Below, one piece after another: positions 63,579 through 64,000 of a stretch of DNA of 64,000 nucleotides (the first letter of the stretch is position 1; each line of letters starts with the position of its first letter). The stretch lies in the IMG/VR virus record IMGVR_UViG_3300012920_000027, one strand, 5' to 3'. Under the pieces are notes generated by a model, which was given only the letters and a program-made list of their open reading frames with translations, had not been told where the DNA came from and did not search any database. Both the position numbers and the translations under genes were made by a program. The stretch is from an uncultured virus (IMG/VR IMGVR_UViG_3300012920_000027) (lineage: Duplodnaviria > Heunggongvirae > Uroviricota > Caudoviricetes).

Positions 63579-64000
63579 TCATTCTGCACACCAGGTTGCG
63601 TCGGCAGGCCATTGATGGTAGATGTAATCTTCATTCAATTCGCCGGAATCAAGGAACTTAGGGCCGTGGTACGATGCCGATGCGTGGTACGCATGGGGCT
63701 CGACATCGACCAGCTCAAGGGTGAGGGCGACGATCAGTTCCTTGAACATTTGATCGGTCATCGTCGTACGCCCACCGATGTGGAGGTTGTCGTCTTCTCC
63801 TTTCCAGTCGTAAATGGTGAATTGCTGACCACGGTAACGGCCCCAGAAGTTCACGGATGACTTGTACCCATCGTAAATCGGGTATTGTCCAGATACCGTG
63901 ATCAATCGGGCCACCGTTTCAGCGAAGGAGTAGGGAAGTGGTTGCCACAACCCTACCCGGCTCGTGCCAGTCATTTCGCCAGCACGCCATTCAATTTCGG
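63579..64000 (-). CDS. Hypothetical phage-type protein, 5' end beyond the window
   Basis: Frame open to the right edge; FTIYDWK...HIGG. Confidence 0.7.
   Translation of the reverse strand, partial: EIEWRAGEMTGTSRVGLWQPLPYSFAETVARLITVSGQYPIYDGYKSSVNFWGRYRGQQFTIYDWKGEDDNLHIGGRTTMTDQMFKELIVALTLELVDVEPHAYHASASYHGPKFLDSGELNEDYIYHQWPADATWCAE

Noticed and set aside
28097..63612. 'EPLM' as a shared protein motif, and 'MSGS'/'HER' in plus-strand ORFs
   Set aside because: These are translations of the DNA motif in over-extended or antisense ORFs.
65..63860. Many long antisense ORFs (for example 65-580, 17786-18706, 40469-41095, 58844-59380)
   Set aside because: They shadow well-supported genes on the opposite strand and have no recognisable motifs or start signals.

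Overview
This 64-kb window looks like part of a large archaeal virus or other mobile element. The host is probably in Thermoplasmatota (Marine Group II-like); this is an inference from an archaeal RNA polymerase A'' subunit, a DUF3860-like gene, GGAGGTG ribosome-binding sites and TATA-like boxes about 30 nt upstream of ATGs. The window has three blocks. (1) 1-16.2 kb, minus strand: large unknown, probably virion or membrane proteins, a transglutaminase-like (Cys-His) protein and an HTH protein, followed by a repeat-rich divergent intergenic region. (2) 16.6-27.5 kb, plus strand: RusA resolvase, an LRAT-like protein, RNase HI, DNA-binding proteins and a divergent, expanded RNA polymerase subunit A'' (Rpo1C). 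(3) 27.7-64 kb, minus strand, running off the edge: an array of about 92 short genes in which essentially every start codon sits in the same motif, (TGA)ACCGCTC|ATG (about 90 copies by manual count). Four further copies lack the ATG and each sits directly in front of a structured non-coding element, one of them tRNA-sized. This suggests the motif defines RNA 5' ends (mini-promoter or processing site) or cassette junctions. The array carries TGT/DpdA-like, two PAPS-reductase-like, radical SAM, DNA methyltransferase and two sliding-clamp-like genes. No capsid, terminase, integrase or DNA polymerase could be recognised. All family calls come from motif recognition by eye; no database searches were run.
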